A DNA stretch of 64,000 bases, taken from positions 248,001 to 312,000 of the forward strand of contig OZ176060.1 of the NCBI GenBank assembly GCA_964247055.1, read 5' to 3'. The notes under the pieces are model-generated. The model made no database searches, had not been told where the DNA came from, and saw only the letters and a list, made by a program, of their open reading frames with translations. The stretch is from Paragordius varius (lineage: Eukaryota; Animalia; Nematomorpha). The position numbers and the translations under genes were made by a program. Position 1 is the stretch's first letter. Each line of letters starts with the position of its first letter. This document shows, piece by piece, positions 63,144 to 64,000 of the stretch.

Positions 63144-63411
63144 CAGGGATGTCCAAAACAAACAGCCTCGCGGGCCGCATTTCGACTTAAAGAATTCAGC
63201 TATTGAAAACATATATGGGTGTTTAGAAATATTTTAATAGTTTTCACACATAAAGCTCTAAATGTAAGCACAATATGATTTTTCTAGTTCTTTGCCAATG
63301 GGAATGACTAAGTTACATTTTTTAACAAATATCAATTTTATTGGGATTTTATCAGCTTTGTTAGCAAATTATGGATTTCCTAATCATTCGCATGCATGTT
63401 GGACAGACCTA
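63144..63411 (+). mobile_element. hAT (Charlie-like) MITE
   Basis: CAGGGATGTCCAAA...CTCGCGGGCCGCATTT left end and GTTGGACAGACCTA right end. Related termini occur at ~34090, ~45655, ~59930(-), ~61940(-) and ~22040(-). Confidence 0.6.
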
Positions 63412-64000
63412 ATCTCTATTAAATATTTTTGCGAAATCTCGGCGGACGAACATGTAGTGTTAAAGGACCAACCTAAAGAGTATAAAAACACTCACAAAAC
63501 TCAAATTTTTGAATATAAATAAATATTTCTTTAATTACTTTATCTAACAAAAATTTCAATTTAAATATTCCAAAAACTACCTGAATTTTAGGTGAGCTGT
63601 GCATGACCTAACTTATTCTCCATTTTTGCCAGTAATAATATATAAAAAGGTGCTTATACATACATAGATATAAAATTACTGCTTTCCCATAAATAATTAA
63701 ACGGGCAAAACGTAAAAATATCTTATTATATAATTGAATTTACAAAGTTAGTTAATTTTTGCAGTTACCTTTAATCTGTATATTTTTAGTTTTTATTGCA
63801 TCTAATATTGCTATCAAATAATTTAAATTTAATTATAGTAGTAATGTGAGGTTACTGATCTAAAATAAACAAACAATTTTTAGTATTTTTCTTGAGAATT
63901 ATGTTAATGATTACAAGATTTTTCATAAATTATATTTTTAAAATATAAATAATAACCATCAGAAATACATTCTTAATTATATTTTCATTTTTTACAAGGT

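Noticed and set aside
4542-63522. Remaining 60-130-aa ORFs rich in I/K/N/F/L/Y (e.g. 6803, 13643, 20106, 27321, 30891, 35634, 38756, 44924, 59854, 62212, 63292)
   Set aside because: Compositionally expected in very AT-rich DNA, with no recognisable motifs; several overlap MITEs or the NUMT (36961).

Overview
Very AT-rich (roughly 20-25% GC by eye) animal nuclear DNA; no prokaryotic genes, CRISPR arrays or tRNAs were seen. The window is a repeat-dense cluster of lineage-specific C2H2 zinc-finger paralogs. There are seven copies: A 1-275 (-), B 12945-13738 (+), C 22516-22974 (+), D 28442-29252 (-), E 41127-41930 (-), F 48412-49354 (+) and G 57244-58298 (-). The four best-preserved copies (D-G) share one large exon with an unrecognised ~65-aa N-terminal domain, an Asn/Ser-rich linker and 4-7 fingers with HEKIK/HEQVK linkers. 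Every copy carries at least one lesion; G has the longest open frame and D differs from intact by one base. The genes lie in direct and inverted duplications that also preserve non-coding blocks: an upstream 9-bp hairpin, a downstream CCAAT palindrome and a hairpin-forming block. Interspersed are a near full-length decayed RTE-type LINE with two further fragments, a second 3'-truncated RTE-type LINE, a Gypsy pol/PPT/LTR end and a NeSL/Utopia-type restriction-like endonuclease remnant. DNA-transposon derivatives include two inverted copies of a 1.13-kb Tc1-like element bracketing 22 kb, a probable non-autonomous Helitron (twice), many pogo-like MITEs, hAT-like MITEs and foldback elements with 21-bp subrepeats. 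A ~0.75-kb mitochondrial 16S rRNA (rrnL) insertion (NUMT) lies at ~36.5-37.3 kb. The motif GCCATCT occurs at least 20 times against about 1 expected. All alignments were done by eye, and I cannot name the species.
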